A stretch of 64,000 bases of DNA from Eledone cirrhosa (lineage: Eukaryota), in contig OZ024741.1 in assembly GCA_964016885.1 (NCBI GenBank), positions 102,362,001-102,426,000 of the forward strand, written 5' to 3'. The position numbers and the translations under genes were made by a program. The first letter of the stretch is position 1, and each line of letters opens with the position of its first letter. This document shows positions 34,085 to 49,000 of the stretch, in pieces. The notes beneath the pieces are model-generated. The model did no database searches, was not told where the DNA came from, and saw only the letters and a list, made by a program, of their open reading frames with translations.

Positions 34085-37000
34085 GGCACAGAGCCAGCAT
34101 GTGGTGAGCTGATTGTTATGATAGAGATTAGAACATTTTCACTGAAATATCTAATCACAGATGATGAGTGTGTAGTGATGTGGTGGTTATGACAGAAGGC
34201 AGTATACACTGGGATGGCTTATCACAGAAGACCAGTGTATACTGAGCTGATAGTTATGGTTGAAGACATTATGGACTGAGATGGGTGGTCACAGGAGGCC
34301 AGTGTATACTGAAGTGGTAGTTATGACAGATGACATTACTGACTGAGATGGGTGGTCACAGAAGGCCAGTGTATAGTGAGGTGGGAGTTATGACAGAAGA
34401 CATTACTGACTGAGATGGCTGGTCACAGAAGGCCAGTGTATACTGAAGTGGTAGTTATGACAGAAGACATTACTGACTGAGATAGCTGGTCACAGAAGGC
34501 CAGTGTATACTGAAGTGGTAGTTATGACAGAAGACATTACTGACTGAGATGGCTGGTCACAGGAGACCAGTGTAAACTGAAGTGGTAGTTATGACAGAAG
34601 ACATTACTGATTGAGATGGCTGGCCACAGAAGGCCAGTGTATAGTGAGGTGGGAGTTATGACAGAAGACATTACTGACTGAGATGGCTGGTCACAGAAGG
34701 CCAGTGTATAGTGAGGTGGGAGTTATGACAGAAGACATTACTGACTGAGATGGCTGGTCACAGAAGGCCAGTGTATACTGAAGTGGTAGTTATGACAGAA
34801 CACATTACTGACTGAGATGGCTGGTCACAGAAGGCCAGTGTATACTGAAGTGGTAGTTATGACAGAAGACATTACTGACTGAGATGGCTGGTCACAGGAG
34901 ACCAGTGTAAACTGAAGTGGTAGTTATGACAGAAGACATTACTGATTGAGATGGCTGGCCACAGAAGGCCAGTGTATAGTGAGGTGGGAGTTATGACAGA
35001 AGACATTACTGACTGAGATGGCTGGTCACAGAAGGCCAGTGTATAGTGAGGTGGGAGTTATGACAGAAGACATTACTGACTGAGATGGCTGGTCACAGAA
35101 GGCCAGTGTATACTGAAGTGGTAGTTATGACAGAAGACATTACTGACTGAGATGGCTGGTCACAGAAGGCCAGTGTATACTGAAGTGGTAGTTATGACAG
35201 AAGACATTACTGACTGAGATGGCTGGTCACAGGAGACCAGTGTATACTGAAGTGGTAGTTATGACAGAAGACATTACTGATTGAGATGGCTGGCCACAGA
35301 AGGCCAGTGTATAGTGAGGTGGGAGTTATGACAGAAGACATTACTGACTGAGATGGCTGGTCACAGAAGGCCAGTGTATAGTGAGGTGGGAGTTATGACA
35401 GAAGACATTACTGACTGAGATGGCGGGTCACAGAAGGCCAGTGTATACTGAGGTGGGAGTTATGACAGAAGACATTACCGACTGAGATGGCTGGTCACAG
35501 AACGCCAGTGTATAGTGAGGTGGGAGTTATGACAGACGACATTACTGACTGAGATGGCTGGTCACAGGAGACCAGTGTATAGTGAGGTGGGAGTTATGAC
35601 AGAAGACATTACTGACTGAGATGGCTGGTCACAGAAGGCCAGTATATAGTGAGGTGGGAGTTATGACAGAAGACATTACTGACTGAGATGGCTGGTCACA
35701 GAAGGCCAGTGTATAGTGAGGTGGGAGTTATGACAGAAGACATTACTGACTCAGATGGCTGGTCACAGAAGGCCAGTGTATAGTGAGGTGGGAGTTATGA
35801 CAGAAGACATTACTGACTGAGATGGCTGGTCACAGAAGGCCAGTGTATAGTGAGGTGGGAGTTATGACAGAAGACATTACTGACTCAGATGGCTGGTCAC
35901 AGAAGGCCAGTGTATACTGAAGTGGTAGTTATGACAGAAGACATTACTGACTGAGATGGCTGGTCACAGAAGGCCAGTGTATAGTGAGGTGGGAGTTATG
36001 ACAGAAGACATTACTGACTGCGACGGCTGATCACAGAAGGCCAGTATATAGTGAGGTGGGAGTTATGACAGAAGACATTACTGACTGAGATGGCTGGTCA
36101 CAGGAGACCAGTGTATAGTGAGGTGGAAGGAGTTATGACAGAAGACATTACTGACTGAGATGGCTGGTCACAGAAGACCAGTGTATAGAGAGGTGGGAGT
36201 TATGACAGAAGACATTACTGACTGAGATGGCTGGTCACAGAAGGCCAGTGTATAGTGAGGTGGGAGTTATGACAGAAGACATTACTGACCGAGATGGCTG
36301 GTCACAGAAGGCCAGTGTATAGTGAGGTGGGAGTTATGACAGAAGACATTACTGTCTGAGATGGCTGGTCACAGAAGGCCAGTGTATAGTGAGGTGGGAG
36401 TTATGACAGAAGACATTACTGACTGAGATGGCTGGTCACAGAAGGCCAGTGTATAGTGAGGTGGGAGTTATGACAGAAGACATTACTGACTAAGATGGCT
36501 GGTCACAGAAGGCCAGTGTATAGTGAGGTGGGAGTTATGACAGAAGACATTACTGACCGAGATGGCTGGTCACAGAAGGCCAGTGTATAGTGAGGTGGGA
36601 GTTATGACAGAAGACATTACTGACCGAGATGGCTGGTCACAGAAGGCCAGTGTATAGTGAGGTGGGAGTTATGACAGAAGACATTACTGACTGAGATGGC
36701 TGGTCACAGAAGGCCAGTGTATAGTGAGGTGGGAGTTATGACAGAAGACATTACTGACTGAGATGGCTGGTCACAGAAGGCCAGTGTATAGTGAGGTGGG
36801 AGTTATGACAGAAGACATTACTGACCGAGATGGCTGGTCACAGAAGGCCAGTGTATAGTGAGGTGGGAGTTATGACAGAAGACATTACTGACTGAGATGG
36901 CTGGTCACAGAAGGCCAGTGTATAGTGAGGTGGGAGTTATGACAGAAGACATTACTGACTGAGATGGCTGGTCACAGAAGGCCAGTGTATAGTGAGGTGG

Positions 37001-40000
37001 GAGATATGACAGAAGACATTACTGACTGAGATGGCTGGTCACAGGGGGACAGTGTAGAGTGAGATAGTAGTTATGACAGAAGACATTACTGACTGAGATG
37101 GCTGATCACAGAAGGCCTGTGTATAGTGAGGTGGGAGTTATAACAGAAGACATTACTGACTGAGATGGCTGGTCACAGGGGGCCAGTGTACAGTGAGATA
37201 GTAGTTATGACAGAAGACATTACTGACTGAGATGGCTGGTCACAGAAGGCCACTGTATAGTGAGGTGGGAGTTATGACAGAAGACATTACTAACTGAGAT
37301 GGCTGATCACAGGAGACAGTGTATAGTGAGGTGGGAGTTATGACAGAAGACATTACTGACTGAGATGGCTGGTCACAGAAGGCCAGTGTATAGTGAGGTG
37401 GGAGTTATGACAGAAGACATTACTGACTGAGATGGCTGATCACAGGAGACCAGTGTATAGTGAGGTGGGAGTTATGACAGAAGACATTACTGACTGAGAT
37501 GGCTGGTCACAGAAGTCCAGTGTATAGTGAGATAGTAGTTATGACAGAAGACATTACTGACTAAGATGGTTGATCACAGAAGGCCAGTGTATAGTGAGCT
37601 GGGAGTTATGACAGAAGACATTACTGACTGAGATGGCTGGTCACAGAAGGCCAGTGTATAGTGAGGTGGGAGTTATGACAGAAGACATTACTGACTGAGA
37701 TGGCTGATCACAGAAGGCCAGTGAATAGTGAGGTGGGAGCTATGACAGAAAACATTACTGACTGAGATGGCTGGTCACAGATGGCCAGTGTATAGTGAGG
37801 TGGGAGCTATGACAGAAAACATTACTGACTGAGATGGCTGGTCACAGAAGGCCAGTGTATAGTGAGGTGGGAGTTATGACAGAAGACATTACTGACTGAG
37901 ATGGCTGGTCACAGAAGGCCAGTGTATAGTGAGGTGGGAGTTATGACAGAAGACATTACTGACTCAGATGGCTGGTCACAGAAGGCCAGTGTATACTGAA
38001 GTGGTAGTTATGACAGAAGACATTACTGACTGAGATGGCTGGTCACAGAAGGCCAGTGTATAGTGAGGTGGGAGTTATGACAGAAGACATTACTGAGTGC
38101 GACGGCTGATCACAGAAGGCCAGTATATAGTGAGGTGGGAGTTATGACAGAAGACATTACTGACTGAGATGGCTGGTCACAGGAGACCAGTGTATAGTGA
38201 GGTGGAAGGAGTTATGACAGAAGACATTACTGACTGAGATGGCTGGTCACAGAAGGCCAGTGTATACTGAAGTGGTAGTTATGACAGAAGACATTACTGA
38301 CTGAGATGGCTGGTCACAGAAGACCAGTGTATAGAGAGGTGGGAGTTATGACAGAAGACATTACTGACTGAGATGGCTGGTCACAGAAGGCCAGTGTATA
38401 GTGAGGTGGGAGTTATGACAGAAGACATTACTGACCGAGATGGCTGGTCACAGAAGGCCAGTGTATAGTGAGGTGGGAGTTATGACAGAAGACATTACTG
38501 ACTGAGATGGCTGGTCACAGAAGGCCAGTGTATAGTGAGGTGGGAGTTATGACAGAAGACATTACTGACTGAGATGGCTGGTCACAGAATGCCAGTGTAT
38601 AGTGAGGTGGGAGTTATGACAGAAGACATTACTGACTGAGATGGCTGGTCACAGAAGGCCAGTGTATAGTGAGGTGGGAGTTATGACAGAAGACATTACT
38701 GACCGAGATGGCTGGTCACAGAAGGCCAGTGTATAGTGAGGTGGGAGTTATGACAGAAGACATTACTGACCGAGATGGCTGGTCACAGAAGGCCAGTGTA
38801 TAGTGAGGTGGGAGTTATGACAGAAGACATTACTGACTGAGATGGCTGGTCACAGAAGGCCAGTGTATAGTGAGGTGGGAGTTATGACAGAAGACATTAC
38901 TGACTGAGATGGCTGGTCACAGAAGGCCAGTGTATAGTGAGGTGGGAGTTATGACAGAAGACATTACTGACCGAGATGGCTGGTCACAGAAGGCCAGTGT
39001 ATAGTGAGGTGGGAGTTATGACAGAAGACATTACTGACTGAGATGGCTGGTCACAGAAGGCCAGTGTATAGTGAGGTGGGAGTTATGACAGAAGACATTA
39101 CTGACTGAGATGGCTGGTCACAGAAGGCCAGTGTATAGTGAGGTGGGAGATATGACAGAAGACATTACTGACTGAGATGGCTGGTCACAGGGGGACAGTG
39201 TAGAGTGAGATAGTAGTTATGACAGAAGACATTACTGACTGAGATGGCTGATCACAGAAGGCCTGTGTATAGTGAGGTGGGAGTTATAACAGAAGACATT
39301 ACTGACTGAGATGGCTGGTCACAGGGGGCCAGTGTACAGTGAGATAGTAGTTATGACAGAAGACATTACTGACTGAGATGGCTGGTCACAGAAGGCCACT
39401 GTATAGTGAGGTGGGAGTTATGACAGAAGACATTACTAACTGAAATGGCTGATCACAGGAGACAGTGTATAGTGAGGTGGGAGTTATGACAGAAGACATT
39501 ACTGACTGAGATGGCTGGTCACAGAAGGCCAGTGTATAGTGAGGTGGGAGTTATGACAGAAGACATTACTGACTGAGATGGCTGATCACAGGAGACCAGT
39601 GTATAGTGAGGTGGGAGTTATGACAGAAGACATTACTGACTGAGATGGCTGGTCACAGAAGTCCAGCGTATAGTGAGATAGTAGTTATGACAGAAGACAT
39701 TACTGACTAAGATGGTTGATCACAGAAGGCCAGTGTATAGTGAGCTGGGAGTTATGACAGAAGACATTACTGACTGAGATGGCTGGTCACAGAAGGCCAG
39801 TGTATAGTGAGGTGGGAGTTATGACAGAAGACATTACTGACTGAGATGGCTGATCACAGAAGGCCAGTGAATAGTGAGGTGGGAGCTATGACAGAAAACA
39901 TTACTGACTGAGATGGCTGGTCACAGATGGCCAGTGTATAGTGAGGTGGGAGCTATGACAGAAAACATTACTGACTGAGATGGCTGGTCACAGAAGGCCA

Positions 40001-43000
40001 GTGTATAGTGAGGTGGGAGTTATGACAGAAGACATTACTGACTGAGATGGCTGGTCACAGAAGGCCAGTGTATAGTGAGGTGGGAGTTATGACAGAAGAC
40101 ATTACTGACTCAGATGGCTGGTCACAGAAGGCCAGTGTATACTGAAGTGGTAGTTATGACAGAAGACATTACTGACTGAGATGGCTGGTCACAGAAGGCC
40201 AGTGTATAGTGAGGTGGGAGTTATGACAGAAGACATTACTGACTGCGACGGCTGATCACAGAAGGCCAGTATATAGTGAGGTGGGAGTTATGACAGAAGA
40301 CATTACTGACTGAGATGGCTGGTCACAGGAGACCAGTGTATAGTGAGGTGGAAGGAGTTATGACAGAAGACATTACTGACTGAGATGGCTGGTCACAGAA
40401 GGCCAGTGTATACTGAAGTGGTAGTTATGACAGAAGACATTACTGACTGAGATGGCTGGTCACAGAAGACCAGTGTATAGAGAGGTGGGAGTTATGACAG
40501 AAGACATTACTGACTGAGATGGCTGGTCACAGAAGGCCAGTGTATAGTGAGGTGGGAGTTATGACAGAAGACATTACTGACCGAGATGGCTGGTCACAGA
40601 AGGCCAGTGTATAGTGAGGTGGGAGTTATGACAGAAGACATTACTGACTGAGATGGCTGGTCACAGAAGGCCAGTGTATAGTGAGGTGGGAGTTATGACA
40701 GAAGACATTACTGACTGAGATGGCTGGTCACAGAATGCCAGTGTATAGTGAGGTGGGAGTTATGACAGAAGACATTACTGACTGAGATGGCTGGTCACAG
40801 AAGGCCAGTGTATAGTGAGGTGGGAGTTATGACAGAAGACATTACTGACCGAGATGGCTGGTCACAGAAGGCCAGTGTATAGTGAGGTGGGAGTTATGAC
40901 AGAAGACATTACTGACCGAGATGGCTGGTCACAGAAGGCCAGTGTATAGTGAGGTGGGAGTTATGACAGAAGACATTACTGACTGAGATGGCTGGTCACA
41001 GAAGGCCAGTGTATAGTGAGGTGGGAGTTATGACAGAAGACATTACTGACTGAGATGGCTGGTCACAGAAGGCCAGTGTATAGTGAGGTGGGAGTTATGA
41101 CAGAAGACATTACTGACCGAGATGGCTGGTCACAGAAGGCCAGTGTATAGTGAGGTGGGAGTTATGACAGAAGACATTACTGACTGAGATGGCTGGTCAC
41201 AGAAGGCCAGTGTATAGTGAGGTGGGAGTTATGACAGAAGACATTACTGACTGAGATGGCTGGTCACAGAAGGCCAGTGTATAGTGAGGTGGGAGATATG
41301 ACAGAAGACATTACTGACTGAGATGGCTGGTCACAGGGGGACAGTGTAGAGTGAGATAGTAGTTATGACAGAAGACATTACTGACTGAGATGGCTGATCA
41401 CAGAAGGCCTGTGTATAGTGAGGTGGGAGTTATAACAGAAGACATTACTGACTGAGATGGCTGGTCACAGGGGGCCAGTGTACAGTGAGATAGTAGTTAT
41501 GACAGAAGACATTACTGACTGAGATGGCTGGTCACAGAAGGCCACTGTATAGTGAGGTGGGAGTTATGACAGAAGACATTACTAACTGAGATGGCTGATC
41601 ACAGGAGACAGTGTATAGTGAGGTGGGAGTTATGACAGAAGACATTACTGACTGAGATGGCTGGTCACAGAAGGCCAGTGTATAGTGAGGTGGGAGTTAT
41701 GACAGAAGACATTACTGACTGAGATGGCTGATCACAGGAGACCAGTGTATAGTGAGGTGGGAGTTATGACAGAAGACATTACTGACTGAGATGGCTGGTC
41801 ACAGAAGTCCAGTGTATAGTGAGATAGTAGTTATGACAGAAGACATTACTGACTAAGATGGTTGATCACAGAAGGCCAGTGTATAGTGAGCTGGGAGTTA
41901 TGACAGAAGACATTACTGACTGAGATGGCTGGTCACAGAAGGCCAGTGTATAGTGAGGTGGGAGTTATGACAGAAGACATTACTGACTGAGATGGCTGAT
42001 CACAGAAGGCCAGTGAATAGTGAGGTGGGAGCTATGACAGAAAACATTACTGACTGAGATGGCTGGTCACAGATGGCCAGTGTATAGTGAGGTGGGAGCT
42101 ATGACAGAAAACATTACTGACTGAGATGGCTGGTCACAGAAGGCCAGTGTATAGTGAGGTGGGAGTTATGACAGAAGACATTACTGACTGAGATGGCTGG
42201 TCACAGAAGGCCAGTGTATAGTGAGGTGGGAGTTATGACAGAAGACATTACTGACTGAGATGGCTGGTCACAGAAGGCCAGTGTATAGTGAGGTGGGAGT
42301 TATGACAGAAGACATTACTGACTGAGATGGCAGGTCACAGAAGGCCAGTGTATAGTGAGGTGGGAGTTATGACAGAAGACATTACTGACTGAGATGGCTG
42401 TTCACAGAAGGCCAGTGTATAGTGAGGTGGGAGTTATGACAGAAGACATTACTGACTGAGATGGCTGGTCACAGAAGGCCAGTGTATAGTGAGGTGGGAG
42501 TTATGACAGAAGACATTACTGACTGAGATGGCTGGTCACAGAAGGCCAGTGTATAGTGAGGTGGGAGTTATGACAGAAGACATTACTGACAGAGATGGCT
42601 GGTCACAGAAGGCCAGTGTATAGTGAGGTGGGAGTTATGACAGAAGACATTACTGACTGAGATGGCTGGTCACAGAAGGCCAGTGTATAGTGAGGTGGGA
42701 GTTATGACAGAAGACATTACTGACTTAGATGGCTGGTCACAGGAAACCAGTGTATAGTGAGGTGGGAGTTATGACAGAAGACATTACTGACTGAGATGGC
42801 TGGTCACAGGAAACCAGTGTATAGTGAGGTGGGAGTTATGACAGAAAACATTACTGACTGAGATGGCTGGTCACAGAAGGCCAGTGTATAGTGAGGTGGC
42901 AGTTATGACAGAAGACATTACTGACTGAGATGGCTGGTCACAGAAGTCCAGTGTATAGTGAGATAGTAGTTATGACAGAAGACATTACTGACTAAGATGG

Positions 43001-46000
43001 TTGATCACAGAAGGCCAGTGTATAGTGAGCTGGGAGTTATGACAGAAGACATTACTGACTGAGATGGCTGGTCACAGAAGGCCAGTGTATAGTGAGGTGG
43101 GAGTTATGACAGAAGACATTACTGACTGAGATGGCTGATCACAGAAGGCCAGTGTATAGTGAGGTGGGAGCTATGACAGAAAACATTACTGACTGAGATG
43201 GCTGGTCACAGATGGCCAGTGTATAGTGAGGTGGGAGCTATGACAGAAAACATTACTGACTGAGATGGCTGGTCACAGAAGGCCAGTGTATAGTGAGGTG
43301 GGAGTTATGACAGAAGACATTACTGACTGAGATGGCTGGTCACAGAAGGCCAGTGTATAGTGAGGTGGGAGTTATGACAGAAGACATTACTGACTGAGAT
43401 GGCTGATCACAGAAGACCAGTGTATAGTGAGGTGGGAGTTATGACAGAAGACATTACTGACTGAGATGGCTGGTCACAGGGGGACAGTGTAGAGTGAGGT
43501 GGGAGTTATGACAGAAGACATTACCGACTGAGATGGCTGGTCACAGAAGGCCAGTGTATAGTGCGGTGGGAGTTATGACAGAAGTCATTACTGACTGAGA
43601 TGGCTGGTCACAGAAGGCCAGTGTATAGTGAGGTGGGAGTTATGACAGAAGACATTACTGACTGAGATGGCGGGTCACAGAAGGCCAGTGTATACTGAAG
43701 TGGTAGTTATGACAGAAGACATTACTGACTGAGATGGCTGGTCACAGAAGGCCAGTGTATAGTGAGGTGGGAGTTATGACAGCAGACATTACTGACTGAG
43801 ATGGCTGGTCACAGAAGGCCAGTGTATAGTGAGGTGGGAGTTATGACAGAAGACATTACTGACCGAGATGGCTGGTCACAGAAGGCCAGTGTATAGTGAG
43901 GTGGGAGTTATGACAGAAGACATTACTGACCGAGATGGCTGGTCACAGAAGGCCAGTGTATAGTGAGGTGGGAGTTATGACAGAAGACATTACTGACTGA
44001 GATGGCTGGTCACAGAAGGCCAGTGTATAGTGAGGTGGGAGTTATGACAGAAGACATTACTGACTGAGATGGCTGGTCACAGAAGGCCAGTGTATAGTGA
44101 GGTGGGAATTATGACAGAAGACATTACTGACTGAGATGGCTGGTCACAGAAGGCCAGTGTATAGTGAGGTGGGAGTTATGACAGAAGACATTACTGACTG
44201 AGATGGCTGGTCACAGAAGGCCAGTGTATAGTGAGGTGGGAGATATGACAGAAGACATTACTGACTGAGATGGCTGGTCACAGGGGGACAGTGTATAGTG
44301 AGGTGGGAGATATGACAGAAGACATTACTGACTGACATGGCTGGTCACAGAAGGCCAGTGTATAGTGAGGTGGGAGTTATGACAGAAGACATTACTGACT
44401 GACATGGCTGGTCACAGAAGGCCAGTGTATAGTGAGGTGGGAGATATGACAGAAGACATTACTGACTGAGATGGCTGGTCACAGGGGGACAGTGTAGAGT
44501 GAGATAGTAGTTATGACAGAAGACATTACTGACTGAGATGGCTGATCACAGAAGGCCAGTGTATAGTGAGGTGGGAGTTATGACAGAAGACATTACTGAC
44601 TGAGATGGCTGGTCACAGGGGGCCAGTGTACAGTGAGATAGTAGTTATGACAGAAGACATTACTGACTGAGATGGCTGGTCACAGAAGGCCACTGTATAG
44701 TGAGGTGGGAGTTATGACAGAAGACATTACTAACTGAGATGGCTGATCACAGGAGACAGTGTATAGTGAGGTGGGAGTTATGACAGAAGACATTACTGAC
44801 TGAGATGGCTGGTCACAGAAGGCCAGTGTATAGTGAGGTGGGAGTTATGACAGAAGACATTACTGACTGAGATGGCTGATCACAGGAGACCAGTGTATAG
44901 TGAGGTGGGAGTTATGACAGAAGACATTACTGACTGAGATGGCTGGTCACAGAAGTCCAGTGTATAGTGAGATAGTAGTTATGACAGAAGACATTACTGA
45001 CTAAGATGGTTGATCACAGAAGGCCAGTGTATATTGAGCTGGGAGTTATGACAGAAGACATTACTGACTGAGATGGCTGGTCACAGAAGGCCAGTGTATA
45101 GTGAGGTGGGAGGTATGACAGAAGACATTACTGACTGAGATGGCTGATCACAGAAGGCCAGTGTATAGTGAGGTGGGAGCTATGACAGAAAACATTACTG
45201 ACTGAGATGGCTGGTCACAGATGGCCAGTGTATAGTGAGGTGGGAGCTATGACAGAAAACATTACTGACTGAGATGGCTGGTCACAGAAGGCCAGTGTAT
45301 AGTGAGGTGGGAGTTATGACAGAAGACATTACTGACTGAGATGGCTGGTCACAGAAGTCCAGTGTATAGTGAGATAGTAGTTATGACAGAAGACATTACT
45401 GACTAAGATGGTTGATCACAGAAGGCCAGTGTATAGTGAGGTGGGAGTTATGACAGAAGACATTACTGACTGAGATGGCTGGTCACAGAAGGCCAGTGTA
45501 TAGTGAGGTGGGAGTTATGACAGAAGACATTACTGACTGAGATGGCTGGTCACAGAAGGCCAGTGTATAGTGAGGTGGGAGTTATGACAGAAGACATTAC
45601 TGACTGAGATGGCTGGTCACAGAAGGCCAGTGTATAGTGAGGTGGGAGTTATGACAGAAGACATTACTGACTGAGATGGCAGGTCACAGAAGGCCAGTGT
45701 ATAGTGAGGTGGGAGTTATGACAGAAGACATTACTGACTGAGATGGCTGTTCACAGAAGGCCAGTGTATTGTGAGGTGGGAGTTATGACAGAAGACATTA
45801 CTGACTGAGATGGCTGGTCACAGAAGGCCAGTGTATAGTGAGGTGGGAGTTATGACAGAAGACATTACTGACTGAGATGGCTGGTCACAGAAGGCCAGTG
45901 TATAGTGAGGTGGGAGTTATGACAGAAGACATTACTGACTGAGATGGCTGGTCACAGAAGGCCAGTGTATAGTGAGGTGGGAGTTATGACAGAAGACATT

Positions 46001-49000
46001 ACTGACTGAGATGGCTGGTCACAGAAGGCCAGTGTATAGTGAGGTGGGAGTTATGACAGAAGACATTACTGACTTAGATGGCTGGTCACAGGAAACCAGT
46101 GTATAGTGAGGTGGGAGTTATGACAGAAGACATTACTGACTGAGATGGCTGGTCACAGGAAACCAGTGTATAGTGAGGTGGGAGTTATGACAGAAAACAT
46201 TACTGACTGAGATGGCTGGTCACAGAAGGCCAGTGTATAGTGAGGTGGCAGTTATGACAGAAGACATTACTGACTGAGATGGCTGGTCACAGAAGTCCAG
46301 TGTATAGTGAGATAGTAGTTATGACAGAAGACATTACTGACTAAGATGGTTGATCACAGAAGGCCAGTGTATAGTGAGCTGGGAGTTATGACAGAAGACA
46401 TTACTGACTGAGATGGCTGGTCACAGAAGGCCAGTGTATAGTGAGGTGGGAGTTATGACAGAAGACATTACTGACTGAGATGGCTGATCACAGAAGGCCA
46501 GTGTATAGTGAGGTGGGAGCTATGACAGAAAACATTACTGACTGAGATGGCTGGTCACAGATGGCCAGTGTATAGTGAGGTGGGAGCTATGACAGAAAAC
46601 ATTACTGACTGAGATGGCTGGTCACAGAAGGCCAGTGTATAGTGAGGTGGGAGTTATGACAGAAGACATTACTGACTGAGATGGCTGGTCACAGAAGGCC
46701 AGTGTATAGTGAGGTGGGAGTTATGACAGAAGACATTACTGACTGAGATGGCTGATCACAGAAGGCCAGTGTATAGTGAGGTGGGAGCTATGACAGAAAA
46801 CATTACTGACTGAGATGGCTGGTCACAGAAGGCCAGTGTATAGTGAGGTGGGAGTTATGACAGAAGACATTACTGACTGAGATGGCTGGTCACAGAAGGC
46901 CAGTGTATAGTGAGGTGGGAGTTATGACAGAAGACATTACTGACTGAGATGGCGGGTCACAGAAGGCCAGTGTATACTGAAGTGGTAGTTATGACAGAAG
47001 ACATTACTGACTGAGATGGCTGGTCACAGAAGGCCAGTGTATAGTGAGGTGGGAGTTATGACAGAAGACATTACTGACTGAGATGGCTGGTCACAGAAGG
47101 CCAGTGTATACTGAAGTGGTAGTTATGACAGAAGACATTACTGACTGAGATGGCTTGTCACAGAAGACCAGTGTATAGAGAGGTGGGAGTTATGACAGAA
47201 GACATTACTGACTGAGATGGCTGGTCACAGAAGGCCAGTGTATAGTGAGGTGGGAGTTATGACAGAAGACATTACTGACTGAGATGGCTGTTCACAGAAG
47301 GCCAGTGTATAGTGAGGTGGGACTTATGACAGAAGACATTACTGACTGAGATGGCTGGTCACAGAAGGCCAGTGTATAGTGAGGTGGGAGATATGACAGA
47401 AGACATTATTGACTGAGATGGCTGGTCACAGGTGACCAGTGTATAGTGAGGTGGGAGTTATGACAGAAGACATTACTGACAGAGATGGCTGGTCACAGAA
47501 GGCCAGTGTATAGTGAGGTGGGAGTTATGACAGAAGACATTACTGACTGAGATGGCTGTTCACAGAAGGCCAGTGTATAGTGAGGTGGGACTTATGACAG
47601 AAGACATTACTGACTGAGATGGCTGGTTACAGGGGGCCAGTGTACAGTGAGATAGTAGTTATGACAGAAGACATTACTGACTGAGATGGCTGGTCACAGA
47701 AGGCCACTGTATAGTGAAGTGGGAGTTATGACAGAAGACATTACTGACTGAGATGGCTGGTCACAGAAGGCCAGTGTATAGTGAGGTGGGAGATATGACA
47801 GAAGACATTACTGACTGAGATGGCTGATCACAGGAGACCAGTGTATAGTGAGGTGGGAGTTATGACAGAAGACATTACTGACTGAGATGGCTGGTCACAG
47901 GAGACCAGTGTATAGTGAGGTGGGAGTTATGACAGAAGACATTACTGACAGAGATGGCTGGTCACAGAAGGCCAGTGTATAGTGAGCTGGTAGTTATGAC
48001 AGAAGACATTACTGACTAAGATGGTTGATCACAGAAGGCTAGTGTATAGTGAGGTGGGAGTTATGACAGAAGACATTACTGACTGAGATGGCTGATCACA
48101 GAAGGCCAATGTATAGTGAGGTGGGAGTTATGACAGAAGATATTACTGACTGAGATGGCTGGTCACAGAAGGCCAGTGTATAGTGAAATGGGAGTTATGA
48201 CAGAAGACATTACTGACTGAGATGGCTGGTCACAGAAGGCCAGTGTATAGTGAGGTGGGAGTTATGAGAGAAATCATTACTGACTGAGATGGCTGGTCAC
48301 AGAAGGCCAGTGTATAGTGAAGTGGGAGTTATGACAGAAGACATTACTGACTGAGATGGCTGATCACAAAAGGCCAGTGTATAGTGAGGTGGGAGTTATG
48401 ACAGAAGACATTACTGACTGAGATGGCTGGTCACAGAAGGCCAGTGTATACTGAAGTGGTAGTTATGACAGAAGACATTACTGACTGAGATGGCTGGTCA
48501 CAGGAGACCAGTGTATACTGAAGTGGTAGTTATGACAGAAGACATTACTGATTGAGATGGCTGGCTACAGAAGGCCAGTGTATAGTGAGGTGGGAGTTAT
48601 GACAGAAGACATTACTGACTGAGATGGCTGATCACAGAAGGCCAGTGTATAGTGAGGTGGGAGTTATGACAGAAGACATTACTGACTGAGATGGCGGGTC
48701 ACAGAAGGCCAGTGTATACTGAGGTGGGAGTTATGACAGAAGACATTACCGACTGAGATGGCCGGTCACAGAAGGCCAGTGTATAGTGAGGTGGTAGTTA
48801 TGACAGAAGACATTGCTGACTGAGATGGCTGGTCACAGGAGACCAGTGTATAGTGAGGTGGGAGTTATGACAGAAGACATTACTGACTGAGATGGCTGAT
48901 CACAGAAGGCCAGTGTATAGTGAGGTGGGAGCTATGACAGAAGACATTACTGACTGAGATGGCTGATCACAGGAGACCAGTGTATAGTGAGGTGGGAGTT

